Positions 41,765-57,796 of a stretch of DNA of 64,000 bases are shown here, piece by piece (the first letter of the stretch is position 1; every line of letters begins with the position of its first letter). Position numbers and translations under genes: made by a program. Location: contig OX597815.1 of the NCBI GenBank assembly GCA_951406725.2, forward strand, positions 126,604,001-126,668,000, read 5' to 3'. The notes below the pieces were generated by a model. The model was not told the origin of the DNA. It did no database searches and worked only from the letters and a program-made list of their open reading frames with translations. Source of the stretch: Octopus vulgaris (lineage: Eukaryota).

Positions 41765-42140
41765 CTGAAATTAAAACAAAATATGGTGCCCTTCTTGAAA
41801 CAGTAACTTATATTCATTCCACAATCTGTAAATGATAAAACATTGAGATATCACAAGCAACAGAAATTCATTGATCAAAGTATTAATTTTATAAGAAAGG
41901 TTTAAGTTTAAAATGATAAGGCCTTAAAGATGCAGAAGCGACCATACATAATAGGTGCAGGAGTGGGTGTGTGGTAAGTAGCTTACTAACCAACCATATG
42001 GTTCTGGGTTCAGTCCCACTGTGTGGCACCTTGGGCAAGTATCTTCTACAATAGTCTCTGGCCAATCAAAGCCTTGTGAGTGGATTTGGTAGAGAGAAAC
42101 TGAAAGAAGCCCATCGCATATATATATATATATCCCTGTG

Positions 42141-42195
<55 letters not shown>

Positions 42196-42266
42196 GTATA
42201 TACATATATATATATATGTATATGTATGTATATATATATGTATATATATATATATGTATATGTATG

Positions 42267-42297
<31 letters not shown>

Positions 42298-43217
42298 GTA
42301 TGTATGTGTGTGTATATGTTTGTGTGTGTGTGTGTGTGTGTGCGTGTGCGCGCGTGCGTGTGTGTGTGTGTATGTGTGTTTGTCCCCTCAAAATCACTTG
42401 ACAACCGATGCTGGTGTGTTTATATCCCTGTAACTTAGTGGTTTGGCAAAAGACATCATAGAGCAAAAATACCTGAAGAGAAGTTGTATTGCAGCCTCTT
42501 TTCATACCCCATTATCTATAAAACCCATCATTCTCAAATCTATTTAAAAGACTAAGAAATGTAACCTGAATTTTTCCAGAACCACTCAGAGGACATCATT
42601 AATCATTAGTCACTGGTTACCCACAGCTAAGACCATTCCAAGGACTTCCTGTTCTATCTGCTTTTAATGAAAAAAAATTACCACACTTCAACATACATAG
42701 CTTTAATAGAAGTGGCATCCTGGAGTTATCATTTATAAAAATAATGAAGCTACATGGCTGCATTGCTTTATTATTTATTTCTTTTACTGCATTCAGTCAT
42801 TGGACTGTGGTCATGCTGGGACACTGCTTTCTTTATTATGATAAATTAACTCAATTTTATTGAGTAATACTGGCAAAATCATCAGCATATTGGACAAATT
42901 TTTAAGCAGCGTTTCTTCTAGCTCTTTATGTTCTGAGTTCAAATACCACCAAGGCCAACTTTGTCTCTCATTCTTTTGAAGTCAATAAGATAAAGGACCA
43001 GTCAAGCACTGGGGTCAATGTACTAGACTTGCTCCACTAAAATTGTTGGCCTCAAGGTTGAACGGCAAAGACAACAAGGAAAGGATTTGAACTCAGAATG
43101 AGAGACACAAATGAAGTGACTCACCCAAAGTATTTTGTTTACCATTCTGCCAAGTTTTATATCAACTCTTCTTACTCATATTAGTTAAAAATCAATGAGA
43201 CTTCACAGTCTACTTAC

Positions 43218-43476
43218 TAGGTTTATTTGTAGTTTCAAACAACCCTGGAAGAGAAGAACAGCTATCCTCTCTGTCTAGTATACTGTTGTTTGTATTGATA
43301 GGTCGGTGAAGTGTCCGCTTCTTTAATAAACTAGTACGGCGTCCAACTCGGAAGAAATTCGAAGCATTGGAATTTATTTGACATGATTGGCTAAATCTTT
43401 GACTGTCTTGCATATGCATCCTCCACGTAGCTGTTGAATTGACTGATGGTTCTGCAGACTGACATCTCCATAGGCA
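43218..43476 (-). CDS. KCNQ1: KCNQ1-like channel, exon for IQ-motif end and A-B linker (259 bp)
   Basis: gtgcag|TGC CTA TGG AGA...CCT A|gtaagt; CLWRCQSAEPSVNSTATWRMHM... completes IQxxWR and contains the conserved ATW. Confidence 0.9.
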
Positions 43477-43841
43477 CTGCACAATGGTAAATATAATTTA
43501 GATAATGGCAAGCATCTTGGGAAAAGAGGCAAAACAAAAAGAAGAATGATGGTGTTATTGCTAGCATGAATGTAGTAATAATGATAATGGTTATGTGTAA
43601 GTGGTGATGCTGATGATGACGATGATGATGACAACAATGACAATAATGAAGAGGAATTCAATTTTGCTGAGAGCAAAATGACAATATAAAAACAAAACAT
43701 TCAACTGTATGCAAATACATAATAATGCATACATTTTCCAGAATGTCAAAGCTATCTGCCTGAGTTCTTGAATACACTTTAACCTCAATAATTACAATAA
43801 TTTGGACATTTATATTTCATATACATACATACATACATACA

Positions 43842-43873
<32 letters not shown>

Positions 43874-44124
43874 CATACTTACACACACACACACACATAT
43901 GTATATATACATACATACATATACATATATATGTCTAAAATATAGAGTAGAGAAAATTGAAAATGCAAAGTGTTTAGGCAGTCTGACAGCCTAAACTTTG
44001 TGTTTTCAATTTTCTTACTCTATATTTTTTCACCTTGGCTCTCTATGAACACTCCGTAAACAATCCATATATTTAAAAATTTATCTATAATATATTTAAT
44101 ATTATACATACATACATACATATG

Positions 44125-44193
<69 letters not shown>

Positions 44194-44574
44194 AGTAGCC
44201 TAATGGTGGGAAGAGAGAGAGAGTGAGAGAGAGAGAGAGAGGGTGACAGGATAAAGACAGGATAATGGAAGAGGGGGCAATGGAAGAGAGAAAAAGTGTT
44301 GGACAAGTAGACAAGAAAGGGAGAGAAGGATAGAGAGTAATAAAGATGAGTGGTAATGATTGGTAAGAGGGTGAGAGAGAGAGAGAGAGAGAAGGAGAGA
44401 GTGATAGTTGTCAGTGGAGAGGAGAGTAATAGAAGAAAGAGAATGAGTATGTTTGTAACAAAAGTGGTTGGTGGCAAGGAGGTTAAATATAAACAAAATA
44501 TGGTGAAAGAGACCCAAATGTTGATATTCTATATTCCATCTTCTGTTACTAACACCGTTATTATCATTATCACC

Positions 44575-47500
44575 ATCATCATCATCAGTTTTGTGTCCAT
44601 TTTTACATGCATCCTCTGGTTATGTTGGATCTCTCAAGTACACTGTTTCATCACTTGTAGCGGTCACTCATCATCTCCTTCAGAGAGTTCTGTCTCTTGA
44701 GTTCTGTCTTTACCACTTCTTCCAATGTTTTCTTTGATCTCTCTTCTGCAGGATCCATCTGCTTGGAGTGCTCAATAATTCTGCATACAACTGACATCCT
44801 CTTTATGCATTACATGCACATAATTCTGCAGTATTCTCTCTTGCAAGCTAGCTCTAATAACTTTTATATCCAGTTTATTACCTTTAGCCCATTTTTGCTT
44901 CAACATTCACGCACACTAACATTAAACATTTAGTGAATCGTATATTGTCTCATTTCTTTCTATACTTTGAAAATTTTCTTCATTCACAATCAAGATGCAT
45001 TGTACTTCACACACAAGAAACCTTCATTATGTTCTATATTTTGAGGGAGAAACCCTTTGTTGCCAGCAAGGGTTCTAGTTCCCTAAACTTCTTCCACTTC
45101 ATTCTTACTCTGGAAATATACTTTAAAAACACCAATCTCAAATGCTAATAGATGTCCTAAGTAACAGAAGCTATTAACTACTCCTAGGGAAACTTGGGGA
45201 CATTTAAAGAAATTTTATTTCACATTCACTGATAGCCACTCCTATGCATATGCTACATATGAAGTGTACTTCCCTTGTCAACCTATAGTCAAGGCCCCAC
45301 TGCACCTCTTGTACATCCATAGTTACTTGTGTACACTATATAAAATTCTTACCTCTCCTCTTCTCCTTTTCTATATTCTGAACTATTTTGATAACAATAC
45401 AATCTTGTCTTCATTCCTGCTAACAAGAACGTTTGTCATTACTACTAGGTTTACTTTAAGGCTTCTTGATTAAAGATAGGGTTTTCAGGTTTGGAATTTT
45501 TCTTTAATTCTTCTACTGATCCAGCAGTGAGAATTAAGTCATTGGTAGGCAGAAATTCCTTCAGACAGGCAATTTTAAACTCTTTTTGTTATGATCTGAA
45601 GAACTTATATCCAGAGGGAAGCTGAGAACTGAACTTTGAGGACCATCAGCCTGCATATAAATTCCTCACTGATCTCATTTCTAACTCCCAACTCACTGAT
45701 GACACTTTTGTAGATGGTTTGCATGGCTATTTTAAGCCATTAACCTATACCTATCTTTTCTTTTTTTTCTTTTTTCTTTTTTGTGACCATCTATCTAATT
45801 ACATCCAGTCAAAGCCCTAGAAGTACTTCTTTAGAAGTTTATTTCCAAAGAATTGTGTTGGTGGTACTTTATCCGGCATTAACCTGAATTGCATATCATG
45901 TAGACTAATTATCTTTCTAATCATTGCATTATAATTCTTTCAACAGCTCTCATAATTTAGTCCATCAATTTGATACTTCTGTAGTAGCTTCTCTCAAGAG
46001 CTTTTTTACCCTTGCAGCAATTTGATGGATGAGACTACTGTGCCAATTGTTAGGTATGACATCTCCCTGTATTGCCTCACTGACCATATGATCTGCCTCA
46101 ACATATGATCTGCTTCATCTGTTATCTTCAGCATCTCAGTGGGCTCTCTTGAAGAACCAGCAGCCTTCCTTGCCTTCAAATACCTAATTCTGCTTTCAAC
46201 CAACCAGCTGTTCACTTTTATAGCATATCATCTTTTTACCATGCATTCTCTTTATTCAGTCTTAGCCTCTCATAGTAGCATTCTTTTTCAGTGTCAGTGA
46301 GGGCAAGTGTTTTGTTATCATTCCATATATACTACAACAATGTTATGATTCTCTCTAGAATATTACTTTGTTATTCAAAACATGAGAAATCTCTGATCTT
46401 CATATCACTGAATGTGAGCAAATCTCTTATTTTTACCTTCTCCTCTTGCTAAGTATACCTGATGTCTAACTTTTCTAGCTATTTGATAGTTTTCTTTACT
46501 CATCACATTTTTTTCACTCCTTCAAGGTCTGTTTTTTAGTTTTTATAGCTACATCTATGATACTTTCCGTCCCCATACCTTCTTCCATATAGCCAAAATT
46601 CTGTACCATAGCTGATCTATTGCTTGCAGTACATTGTCTCATAGAATTCCTAGTCGTTTGCTATGTTATAAATCTGTCTCATCATAAACATTAACTAGTA
46701 CTTCTCTGAATGTATGTCTGGTCAATGAGTGTTTCAACCTCCATATTGTCTAGATCATCCTGTATGTCTGACTGTTTAATTATTATCCTAAGGTCACTGA
46801 TCACTAGTTTGTGATGAAACAGAGAGAGATCTATTATTTATAACCAATTGCCAATCCCATTTTCTGGTGAATATTTAATTGATTTGGCTTATGTGCCTTC
46901 CTGATTGGAAGGGAAATCAGATAGCTGGCTGGTTTCTGAAAGTTAGTGAGGCAAATAGTTAAGAACTCTAAGATTCTTGAATTCTCTTTATACCTAATAC
47001 CTTATTCAAGCATTCAAAGTCACAACTTGTGACAAGGTCACTGTCATTCATTATTTAGGTGGTCAGCAGCAGCTTTTCATAAAAGGGATTCCTCTATTCT
47101 TCTACTAACTTTTACTGCAGTACACATGCAGAGATAAATATCACTTCCATGTTGTCCTTGACTAGTCTAAGTTTAATCATTCTAAACACACTCAAACCAT
47201 CTCAATTATTTTATCCATCAACACCAATATGCCTCCTCCATTCACCCCATCATCCTTTTTCCCCAACCAGAAGAATTCATATCTGTTTTTTGTCCACGAG
47301 GAGTCTGACTCTCACTTTTCTCCATCATGTCTCCTGTATATAGAATGCATTTAGTTGCTTCTAATATTGCATCTCTACACTCTTTCCATACCTACCTGTC
47401 GTCACACCAATGTTGAGGGTGGAAGCCCTAGAGTTCTGAACCTCACAAAAAGAGAGGAATAATCAGTGGCAGGTGGGTGAGCTGATGTCCATTTTCTGAC
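44575..47500 (-). mobile_element. Highly degraded RTE-clade LINE
   Basis: Residual motifs such as LKARKAAGSSREPTEMLKI (cf. K.GKA.GP..I..EMLK), a (GAT)n-type tail near 44575, and many stops. Confidence 0.7.
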
Positions 47501-48866
47501 AAGAAAAGGTGTGTTTCCAAAAGTGGATGAATAAATTGTCATCTGTCTGTTTTCTGCATCTGAAAGGAAGAGAGTTTGCGCGATCGTGTTGATGACAGCC
47601 AGATGACATAGCCAGTTTTATCCACCATTAATTGATTTACTGTTTATTTCGCTCAACCACCAACAAATTATTACCAATAATTATTAACATGGTGGGTGTT
47701 AGTCCTGTGTAGCCATGCAGATGGGGTGGTGCTAATTATGTTTGATGTAGACAGACATTAGCAGTAATACCTTGTATGCTTATACAGATACTTGAGGACA
47801 TACACATGACACATACACCTACAAGACAGACAAAGATGAGCTTTTCTTACACATCTAAACTCAAGTACAAAATTATTTTTAATTTCAGGAAATTATCTCC
47901 TTTTTTATTATTATTTATTCAGAGTTGCTAACAAATATTGTTAAGTTTTTATTCTCCTCTGCTGTCAGTGAAGGAAATTTTAATGGATTAGAGATTTATC
48001 ATATATGATATTTAGTGCCCCACCACCATCATCAACTTTGTTATCCATATTCATACCACTTATCCTGTTGAATTATTTTCTCTTAAGTCCTTTTCATTAT
48101 AATTATGCAAATTACTCCTTGTCAAGAATATACTAAACGTTTCTGTATAAGTAAAAATTGTTCACAATTATTCAGAGATGTGAAGGACTATGCTAATGAG
48201 GCCAAAGTGAAAGTGAAATGCGTCCACAGCTGTGTCACTTCTCCCACATAAAAAGAAAAAGATCAGATTGATCACTTGTCCTAAGCACCTAAACATGTTA
48301 ATCCAGCCCTGAAATTATTTTTAATGTTTTGAAATTATCTCCCCTCCTTATTCAGGCTTGCTAACTATCACTTGTTTTTTTTCTTTTTGCTTTCTTCCTC
48401 TGATTATGAAGAAAGCTTTAATAAACTAAAATCTATTGTGTACAGCTTTTGACACACACCATTATTGACGTGGCTTTACATATATGTGTGTGTGTGTGTG
48501 TGTGTGCAAAAATCACGCAAAAAAATTGCCAAAAATAATTGCTGTGTTCCATAATTTATTTCGATTATTCCCAGAATTTGTTTCCAAGTTATAAAAATTG
48601 TTATTGTACAAAAAATTCATCCCAAAAAATCATGTAAAAAAATCGCTGGAAACAATCGCAGTAATGAAAACTTGGGAATCCAAAATGTCAGGATTGTGGG
48701 TCCAGATTTGGCCCAGAATGTTTTTAATTTACTCATGGAGTCAGCCTGATTCCAAAATGGTATGATATGTTGGGCTACAGCCTCTAAGAGTAAAGTTGGA
48801 AAAGTGTGACACACCGACACATTGACATTTGCATTTGTTATACTAGATATAGACATATATATTTAC

Positions 48867-48943
48867 AAAGCAAATTAGTAACAAGGATGTCCAGGTATCA
48901 GTGCATCACTAATACCTTGACATCCTTGTTACTAATTTGCTTT
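48867..48943. repeat. 77-bp hairpin in a TA-flanked short element
   Basis: aaagcaaattagtaacaaggatgtc... / ...gacatccttgttactaatttgcttt; shares agtaacaaggatgt with the insert near 51730. Confidence 0.85.
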
Positions 48944-49032
48944 TTATTCACCTAACTTCAAGCTGCGCGGGCTATACCAAACTGGCTTGGTGCTTCAATT
49001 TAAGGACTTAATTCAACTGAATCTTAATTATT

Positions 49033-49079
<47 letters not shown>

Positions 49080-49494
49080 TACATACATACATACCTACAC
49101 ACACAACATCTATATATGTTTATGTATATATATATGTTTATGTGCATGTACATAAGATACACACACACACATATATATCATCATCATCATCATCATCATG
49201 ATTATCATTTATTGTCCATTGTCCATACTGGCATGGGTTGGATAATTTGACTAGACTGGCACACTGGAAGGCTGCACCAGACTCCAGTCTGATTTGGCAT
49301 GGTTTTCTACGGCTGAATGCCCTTCCTACTACCAAGCACACTGAGAGTGAAATAGGAGCTTTTATATGCCACTGGCACAGGTGCCAATTTGCATGACACT
49401 GGCATCTGCCATAACTGCAATTTTGCTCGGCTTCATGGGTCTTCTTCTCAAGCATGGCATAATGCCAAAGGTCTTGGTCATTGCCTTCCCGATG

Positions 49495-50376
49495 CCTAGT
49501 GAATAAACTGCCATCTAAATTATGCAGAAATGAAAACAACTCTGACATCTCATTTTAACAGATATATTTACCAAAATTACATAAAAATATCTTGAAATAA
49601 AGAGTAAATTTATTCAATAAAATCACCATTGGCTTCACCACAGCCTCCAGACAACTTCGGAATCTCCTGCAACTCTTCTGAACAGTCTCTTTGTTCAAGT
49701 TGACGAATGACGCTGTAATCCTTGCCTTCAGTTCATCTTTGGTGTTACAAGGAGTTTTGTTGGTCTCTCACTCAACTGCACCCCACACATAATAACTAAG
49801 GGGGTTGCTGTCTGGGGAGTTAGGTGGCCAGAAGTTAGGGGTGATGTAGACACAGAAATTGTCTGATAGCCATAGCTGGATTCCTCTGCTTGTGTGGCAT
49901 GGTGCAGAGTCCTGTTGCCAGACAGAGGGTCTTCCAGCAGCCACCCTCTTGATCCAGAGCAGCACTACTGCCTCTAGGCACTTGATGTAGGCCTCCGTGT
50001 TGATTGTGAGGTTGTGTGGGAAGAGGAATAGAAGCATAATGTTGCCATCACTAGTGATCACTCCAAACACCATGATGTTGACTGGAAGTTTGATTTGTAT
50101 CACTCTTGGTATATGTTTCCGGGACATGGGAAGTCCTCAGATTGACACCCAAACACACTGAAATGTTTGTATTGGAGCTTCCAGAGGGAATGTCAAGTAG
50201 TACAGCTTGTTGTTTCCAAATTTCTGGCAGAATGAATTGCATCATGGTGCTGTTTTTCTCATAGATGGTATCCAACTGACCCTACCATACTGTGTAGTCA
50301 ACAAAATAAAAGACAAAGAATGTTCATGCACGAAATAAAAAATATAAAATGGCCATAATTTATCTATCATACCCTG
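49495..50376 (-). mobile_element. maT-type (DD37D) Tc1/mariner remnant with internal deletion
   Basis: VWQQDSAPCHTS...WPPNSPDSNPLSYYVWG; 37 residues separate the second Asp from the mutated third catalytic position. End cagggtatgatagataaattatggcc at 50376. Confidence 0.8.
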
Positions 50377-50377
50377 A

Positions 50378-50412
<35 letters not shown>

Positions 50413-50475
50413 TGTGTGTGTGTGTGTAAGTATATGTGTGTGCGTGTGTGCACATGCATATATATGTGTGTGTAT

Positions 50476-50507
<32 letters not shown>

Positions 50508-50893
50508 TATCACTTCCATGCTGTTTGACAGAAACTAGCCAGGCAGAAGCCTGCACTAGACTTCTGCTACTGTTGTGGCAGGATTTTTACACCTTGTTGC
50601 CCTTCCTAACACTAACCACTCATTTTAGGTGGCACAAGCACAGGCAAGGTCAGTTTTGGCAAGGTTTTTACAGCTGGATACCCTTCCAAATACCAACCAC
50701 TTTACAGTGTGGGCTGGGTACTTACAAGTGGCACCTATACTGACAGGGTCACCAAGTACTTGCAAGACAAAAAAAAATTCTCTTTTGATAGGGGAGGGGG
50801 GATTGGAAGAGGTGATCTTGTGTCAGGTGATGAAAGGTTATAATGAGACAGAAACAGGTGTCTTGCTGCAGAGGAAGTACAAGGTTACCCGGC

Positions 50894-50981
<88 letters not shown>

Positions 50982-51539
50982 AAAAGAGAGAAAGAGAGAG
51001 AGTCTGACACAGAAACAATACACAAGTGGTCTTTCAATTTAGGAACAAATTATTTGAAACTATAAGCATTTTTATAAAAATATTACAAAAGTACTAATAT
51101 TTAAGGAAGTTTAATGGATTTAATTTATATGGCTTAATATTAATAATCACTAATGACGAGGGTTAAAACACTATTGGAATTTTAAAGGGATAGTATTTTA
51201 GGAGAATCATCATTCAGTATAAATTTGATTATTTATCATTAATAAATATATGTCTTGTTGACATAAAACCTACAATACTTAACCCTTTGGCATTCAGATT
51301 ACTCTGACAAATATAATGCTCTTTTGAATTAATATTCTTTCATTTGTTTTAGTCATTTGACTGAGGCCATCCTGGAGCACTGCCTTTAGTCGAACAAATC
51401 GACTCTAGGACTTATTGCTTGTAAGCCTACTATTTATTCTGTTGGTTTCTTTTGCTGAACAGCTAAGTTACAGGGACGTAAACACACCAACATCAATTGT
51501 CAAGTGATAGTGGGAGGCCAAACACAGACACACAAATAT

Positions 51540-51651
<112 letters not shown>

Positions 51652-51796
51652 GGATGAATGAATTATCCTTTGTTTACAGTTAACACAGAAAATTCAATAA
51701 ACAGTTACCAGGGTAGCAAAATTAATGCAAGTAACAAGGATGTAGCAACTTATTCAAAGGTAGAAACTCTGGGTTAATGTGCAGTAATTTGTATAG

Positions 51797-51946
51797 TATA
51801 AGTAAATAAATGGAGTTGAACGCAGATGTTATTCAAATTCTTTTACTTTCGACATATGGAATAAACCCAATGTTGTCTTCGAAACATATGTCGAAAGTAA
51901 AAGAATTTGAATAACATCTGCATTCAACTCCATTTATTTACTTATA
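51797..51946. repeat. Hairpin with 62-bp arms and 26-nt loop, in a TA-flanked insert nested in a SINE
   Basis: tataagtaaataaatggagttgaa...gacatatg / catatgtc...tttacttata, one mismatch. Confidence 0.9.
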
Positions 51947-52678
51947 TATATATACATGACAGGCTTCTTTCAGTTCCTGTCTACCAAATCCACTCACAAG
52001 GCTTTGGTCGCCCTGAGACTATAGTAGAAGACACTTGCCTAAGGTGCCATACAGTGGGACTGAACCTGGAACCATGTGGTTGGTAAGCAAGCTACTTACC
52101 ACACAGCCACTCCTGTGCCTATATATAAGCATTATCCTGTAGCTTCAAGATTTCAATGATGTGATTATTTATTTTTAGAATCACATTATAGAGCAAATGT
52201 GAAAGGCTGGATCTGGCTGGCTTGAACATAAAATAGGTAGAATATTAGAATCAGATATGGCTGGTTTAAATGCTACAGAATTAGGGCAGTGATCTGGCAC
52301 AATCGTTAGCATTTCCTCCAATTCATAACATTTTGAGTTCAAATTCTACCACATTCAATTTTGTCTTTCATCCTTTCAGGGTTGATAAAATAAGGTAATA
52401 GTCAAGTAGTGGAGTTGATGCAAACAACTAGACACCGCTCCTTAAAATCGCTTGCGGGCCTTGTACCAAAATGTAAAACAATTATAGAGCAACAGAGCTG
52501 TGCATTTTGCTTTCATTGATTACATTAATATTCCTTTCTTTTTGTTTTTAATTTTCTGTATCATGTGTGGGGTGTGTTTGCATGTGTGTGTGTGTACGTG
52601 TGTGTACTTGTATACATACATACATACATACATACATACATACATACATACATACACATACATACATACATACATACA

Positions 52679-52758
<80 letters not shown>

Positions 52759-53104
52759 CCTCATTATAAGATGCATAGGGTATATAGCTAGCTTTAGATT
52801 TAATTTCTTTCATACAATGGTGGTACAAAATATGTACACATATAGACACACAAGTTAGAGGGAACATTACCTCATTATGATAGTGATTACAATACACAGC
52901 AACAATGATGATGATGATGATTTCTAGTCAAATCACATCAGCTTGGCAAGAATCCTTTGAATATTCAATGAACGTGTTCAATATAGAAAGCAAAACCCTA
53001 TTGTGAAGACAGTATGCCTCATAATAAGGACATGAAAGCCACAACTGGAATCTTAATCATGGCCATTCCTTTTGTTCTCTTGAGATGATTAATTTTTCCA
53101 ATTA

Positions 53105-53284
<180 letters not shown>

Positions 53285-53386
53285 CTACAGAGAAATCAAA
53301 TGTTACATATGTATATACAATATATATATGATAAACTCACACACACACACACACACACATTTATGTGTGTGTGTATATATAAAAGG

Positions 53387-53433
<47 letters not shown>

Positions 53434-53660
53434 CACACATACAGGCACATACTTGTATACATACTTCATTATAAGATACATAGGGTATATAATTAGTCTT
53501 AGCAAGGTATTTTTTATGAAAACAATGTAAAAAAATCCATATAGATTATAAATTATTTAAGACTGAGACAAAAGTCCATAAAGGGTAAAAATAATTGTGT
53601 GTGTGTATGCATGTGTATGTAAATATGTATATACATAAATACATACATATACATAAATAC

Positions 53661-53729
<69 letters not shown>

Positions 53730-53768
53730 CTAGATAGATGTGTGTGTGTGTGTGTGTTCACATATATA

Positions 53769-54643
53769 TTGGGTCATCCCATAAATAATGCGGTTTTTTT
53801 CAATTGCATGAACTAAAATCATTGGAAGATAGGATAAACTACCTGCATCAACTTGCTATAAAAGCAGGCAGTCATGTTACCCTGTACTTATTCATTCTTA
53901 GTACAAGTTTTGAAGAATGCAGTTTAATTTTAACAGTTATTTTTTCAGAGCTATAATTGAAGTGACAAAGGAGCATATTCATTACATTTTTCTTATGAGT
54001 TCAATAAAGGCAACAACACAATGGAAAGTGCAAAGACTATTAATGCAGTATTTAGGGATCGGACAATAAGCATAAGCCAGTGTCAACGGTGGCTCTAGAA
54101 ATTCTGAGCCAGAAACTACAGCCTAGAAGACATGCCCCATCCTGGAAGTTTTGTATGGCTCAACAAGGATGTCTTGCAAACACTGCTGGAACAAAATCCC
54201 ATCATAACTGTTGAGGAATTAGCAGAGAAGCTTGGATTCGGTCATTGAACCATTTATCAACACCTGCATTCTATTGGAAAAGTCAGAAAATTGGATCAAT
54301 GGGTTCTTCACAAACTTCCTGAGTCTAACCACATGCAGAGAGTGAATGTGTGCTCTTCTTTGCTGTCATGTCTCATGAATGAACCTTCTTTAGACTGAAT
54401 AGTGATTGATGACAAGAAATGGGTTCTTTATAAAAATGTCAAATACCGAAGACAGTGGGTAGGGAAAGGAGAAACACCAGCACCCCAGGCTAAAGAAGGT
54501 CTTCACCCACATAAGGTGTTATCTGTTTGGTGAGATATGAAAGGTTTAGTCCACTTAGAACCTTTGAACCCAAACCAAACAATAGCAAAGAAGATCTACT
54601 GTGAACAACTTGAGCAGCTTAAGTCAGCACTAGAAGAAAAATG
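53769..54643 (+). mobile_element. Mariner element, 5' TIR plus decayed transposase, 3'-truncated
   Basis: TA|ttgggtcatcccataaataatgcgg end; YEFNKGNN, WVLHKL (WVPHEL), IVIDDKKWVLYKN, LHPHKV motifs, with stops. Confidence 0.88.
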
Positions 54644-56184
54644 GGATCTTTTCGCTTTGACCGGCAGATTTTAAAAATAATTTCTTTGTAACTAAACACT
54701 TTTAAACTTCGTATACTGGTAGAATGTGCTACATAAAACATCTTTTTCTCTTGGCTTTCTTGAGAAAATTCTGTAGTTTGTAAGCTATTTGTTGTTTAAT
54801 TTCTTGCATTTTTCAGCAATTTCAACCAATCAATGACGTCTATTGAGGTGAATACAATTTCTGCCGTAGTTCGTCAAGACATTTTCTGGCAGTGTCATAT
54901 CAATTTGTCACTGTTATTTATGAGAAAAAAGATTTTGTCTGACACATGCAAGCATGGAAAGTAGATATTAAAGTTATGATGGTAATGATAAAGATGATGA
55001 TGATGATAATGATGATGATGAAATACAATTTCAAAAATATCAGAGGATATGAGACTTATGTAACCTAGACATTTTCCTAAGTGTCATAAGTATTATAGGA
55101 TATTTAACAGCAGCACAAAAGAAGTTACGTACTTTTGTTCAGAGAACTTCACTTTACTGGTTAACCAATGTGATGTGAAAAGACTTGCTGAAGTCAATGA
55201 AAATTAAAATAACTATAAATTAAATGGTGTAAGCTGAGCAACTGTCATTCTAACAGCATTTGCTTGATCAAAGGAGTAATATAAAGAGCTAAAGTCCTAA
55301 TAGATGATAGCTCTACATACAAAACTTACACCATAACAACAAAAAATGGCTTTAGAATAGATTTACTAGCACAAAATTTATTTTAGATATCCAGAAAACA
55401 AGTCCTCAGTTACTCTATTCAAACAAGTTTCTCAACTGAAAAAGCTGGTTTGGCTCCTTTCATAATCCATTGGTCAATCATAGAAACATGGGTCCAACTG
55501 TCATTCTATGAAATACTTGTTATGTATAAGTGGGAAGTATTTTATCCTATTTCATATGAATCAGTTTTAAACTAAAAATCTGAATTACTTAAATGCCTGT
55601 ACCACCTAAGCTCCCCTTTGCCAGTGGCACGTAAAAAGCACCATCAAAACATGTTCAATACCAGTGCTCCCCGACTGGCTCCTGTTTGTTTCACAAATTT
55701 TTGTTTCATAAATTCTTGGTTTCTAAAACGGTTTTTGCTTGAAACTTTTTCTCTTTACTTCAGATGTTATAACTATATTATAATATTATACTTTAACTAA
55801 CTTTATATAACCCTGTTCCAATGCAACATGATTCTGTTTTATCTGACTTCATTTTATTGAATTTTAATGCTTTTACTGTTTTTTCATCAACTCTCAATTG
55901 TATTAGCCAACAGTGTTAATTAATTCTAAATGACATAATTCCTAGTCCAATCAGCTCTGAATGTTTATTTGATAATTTACCAAATAATTATTCCTTGTTT
56001 GTAAATAAATATTCATAAACCAATGTATTGTTCCAAAAGTTTACTTCTATCTGGCAATCTGTCACATTAAATTCAATAAAACATTACATACATCCACACA
56101 CACACATTTACATATGTATGTATGTAAGCATGTATGTATGTATGTATGTATGTATGTATGTATGTATGTATGTATGTATGTATG

Positions 56185-56215
<31 letters not shown>

Positions 56216-57044
56216 TATTTTAATTAGATATTTGAAAATGTAAATTTATTTTCTTTGTAAACAAGTTAATGATGGTAAAATTCAGAAATAACAACATTGT
56301 ACTGTTTGTTAAAGATCTAATTTCTTCAGACTGTACTCTACAAACTCTTACATCATTATTAAATTTTGAGCATGTTTATATAGTTAATTACATTTAATGT
56401 AATTAAATATATTCAATTTAATTAAATTTACTTAATGTAATATTCTCTCTACAAACTATATTTTTATCTCTTTCCAGCTCTATCCTAGCCATTCTTATCT
56501 TCTCTTGTATAATATGAGTAGCAATGTAGCTCCTCTACTGCAAGAAACTTGTTCTGTTTTTGCCCCTTCTCTCACATTTTACCTCCTCATTCATTACACT
56601 AAAACTGCCTCTTTCTCTCTACTATAGCCCAATTCAATTGATGGGAATCTATGTCTAGCAGGTTGCATAGGGATTTTATTAATGCTGTACTATGTAAAAG
56701 TAACAAACTGTAAAAATACCAACTGTAAAGAGGTTGACATTAGTAAGAGTATCCAGTCAAGACATCTGCTAAAACAGATATTGGAATACGATGCAGTCCT
56801 GTTACACCATCCAACCTATGCCAGCATGGAACATGATCATTAAACGATGATGATGATGATGAAGAGAAGGAGGAGGGGGAAGAGGAGGGGGGATTCTCTA
56901 TGTTTTGCTGAACTTTTTAAGCTTCTTTCTCAACATACACTAATATCAGTTCAAAACAGAAAACTGATAAATTCAACTGTCAGTTCTTATGATCATAGAC
57001 ACATCCGTAAAAGTTTTTTCAAATAACTATATTATGACTCCTGA

Positions 57045-57077
<33 letters not shown>

Positions 57078-57749
57078 CTCTCTCTTCTCATAATTCAGAA
57101 ACCTTTTTTGTAACAAGTGTAATATTTGTTAAGATATATTTTCATATATTCAATTAAAATTAACTTGTGTTATGCTGTATCATGTTTTCTGGATGTGTGT
57201 GTGAGTGTGTGTGTGTGTGTGTGTGTTGTGCATATGTATGTCATCATCATTTAACGTCCGCTTTCCATGCTGGCATGGGTTGGACAGTTTGACTGAGGAC
57301 TGGCGAGCCAGTTGGCTGCACCAGACTCCAATCTGATCTGGCAGAGTTTCTATAGCTGAATACCCTTCCTAATGCCAACCACTCTGAGAGTGTAGTTGCT
57401 GCTTTTACATGCCACTGGCCCTCATGCCGGTGGCATGTAAAAGCAGCAGCTACACTCTCAGAGTGGTTGGCATTAGGAAGGGTATCCAGCTATAGAAACT
57501 CTGCCAGATCAGATTGGAGCCTGGTGCAGCCAACTGGCTCGCCAGTCCTCAGTCAAACTGTCCAACCCATGCCAGCATGGAAAGCGGACGTTAAATGATG
57601 ATGATGATGACATACATATGCACACACACACACATCCAGAAAACATGATACAGCATAACACAAGTTAATTTTAATTGAATATATGAAAATATATCTTAAC
57701 AAATATTACACTTGTTACAAAAAAGGTTTCTGAATTATGAGAAGAGAGA

Positions 57750-57750
<1 letters not shown>
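57078..57750. repeat. ~670-bp inverted duplication (arms 57078-57419 / 57426-57750, 6-nt loop)
   Basis: Unique intron sequence, (GT)n and a SINE part are mirrored about gccactggc-cctcat-gccggtggc; the arms differ by a few substitutions and microsatellite length. Confidence 0.95.
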
Positions 57751-57796
<46 letters not shown>
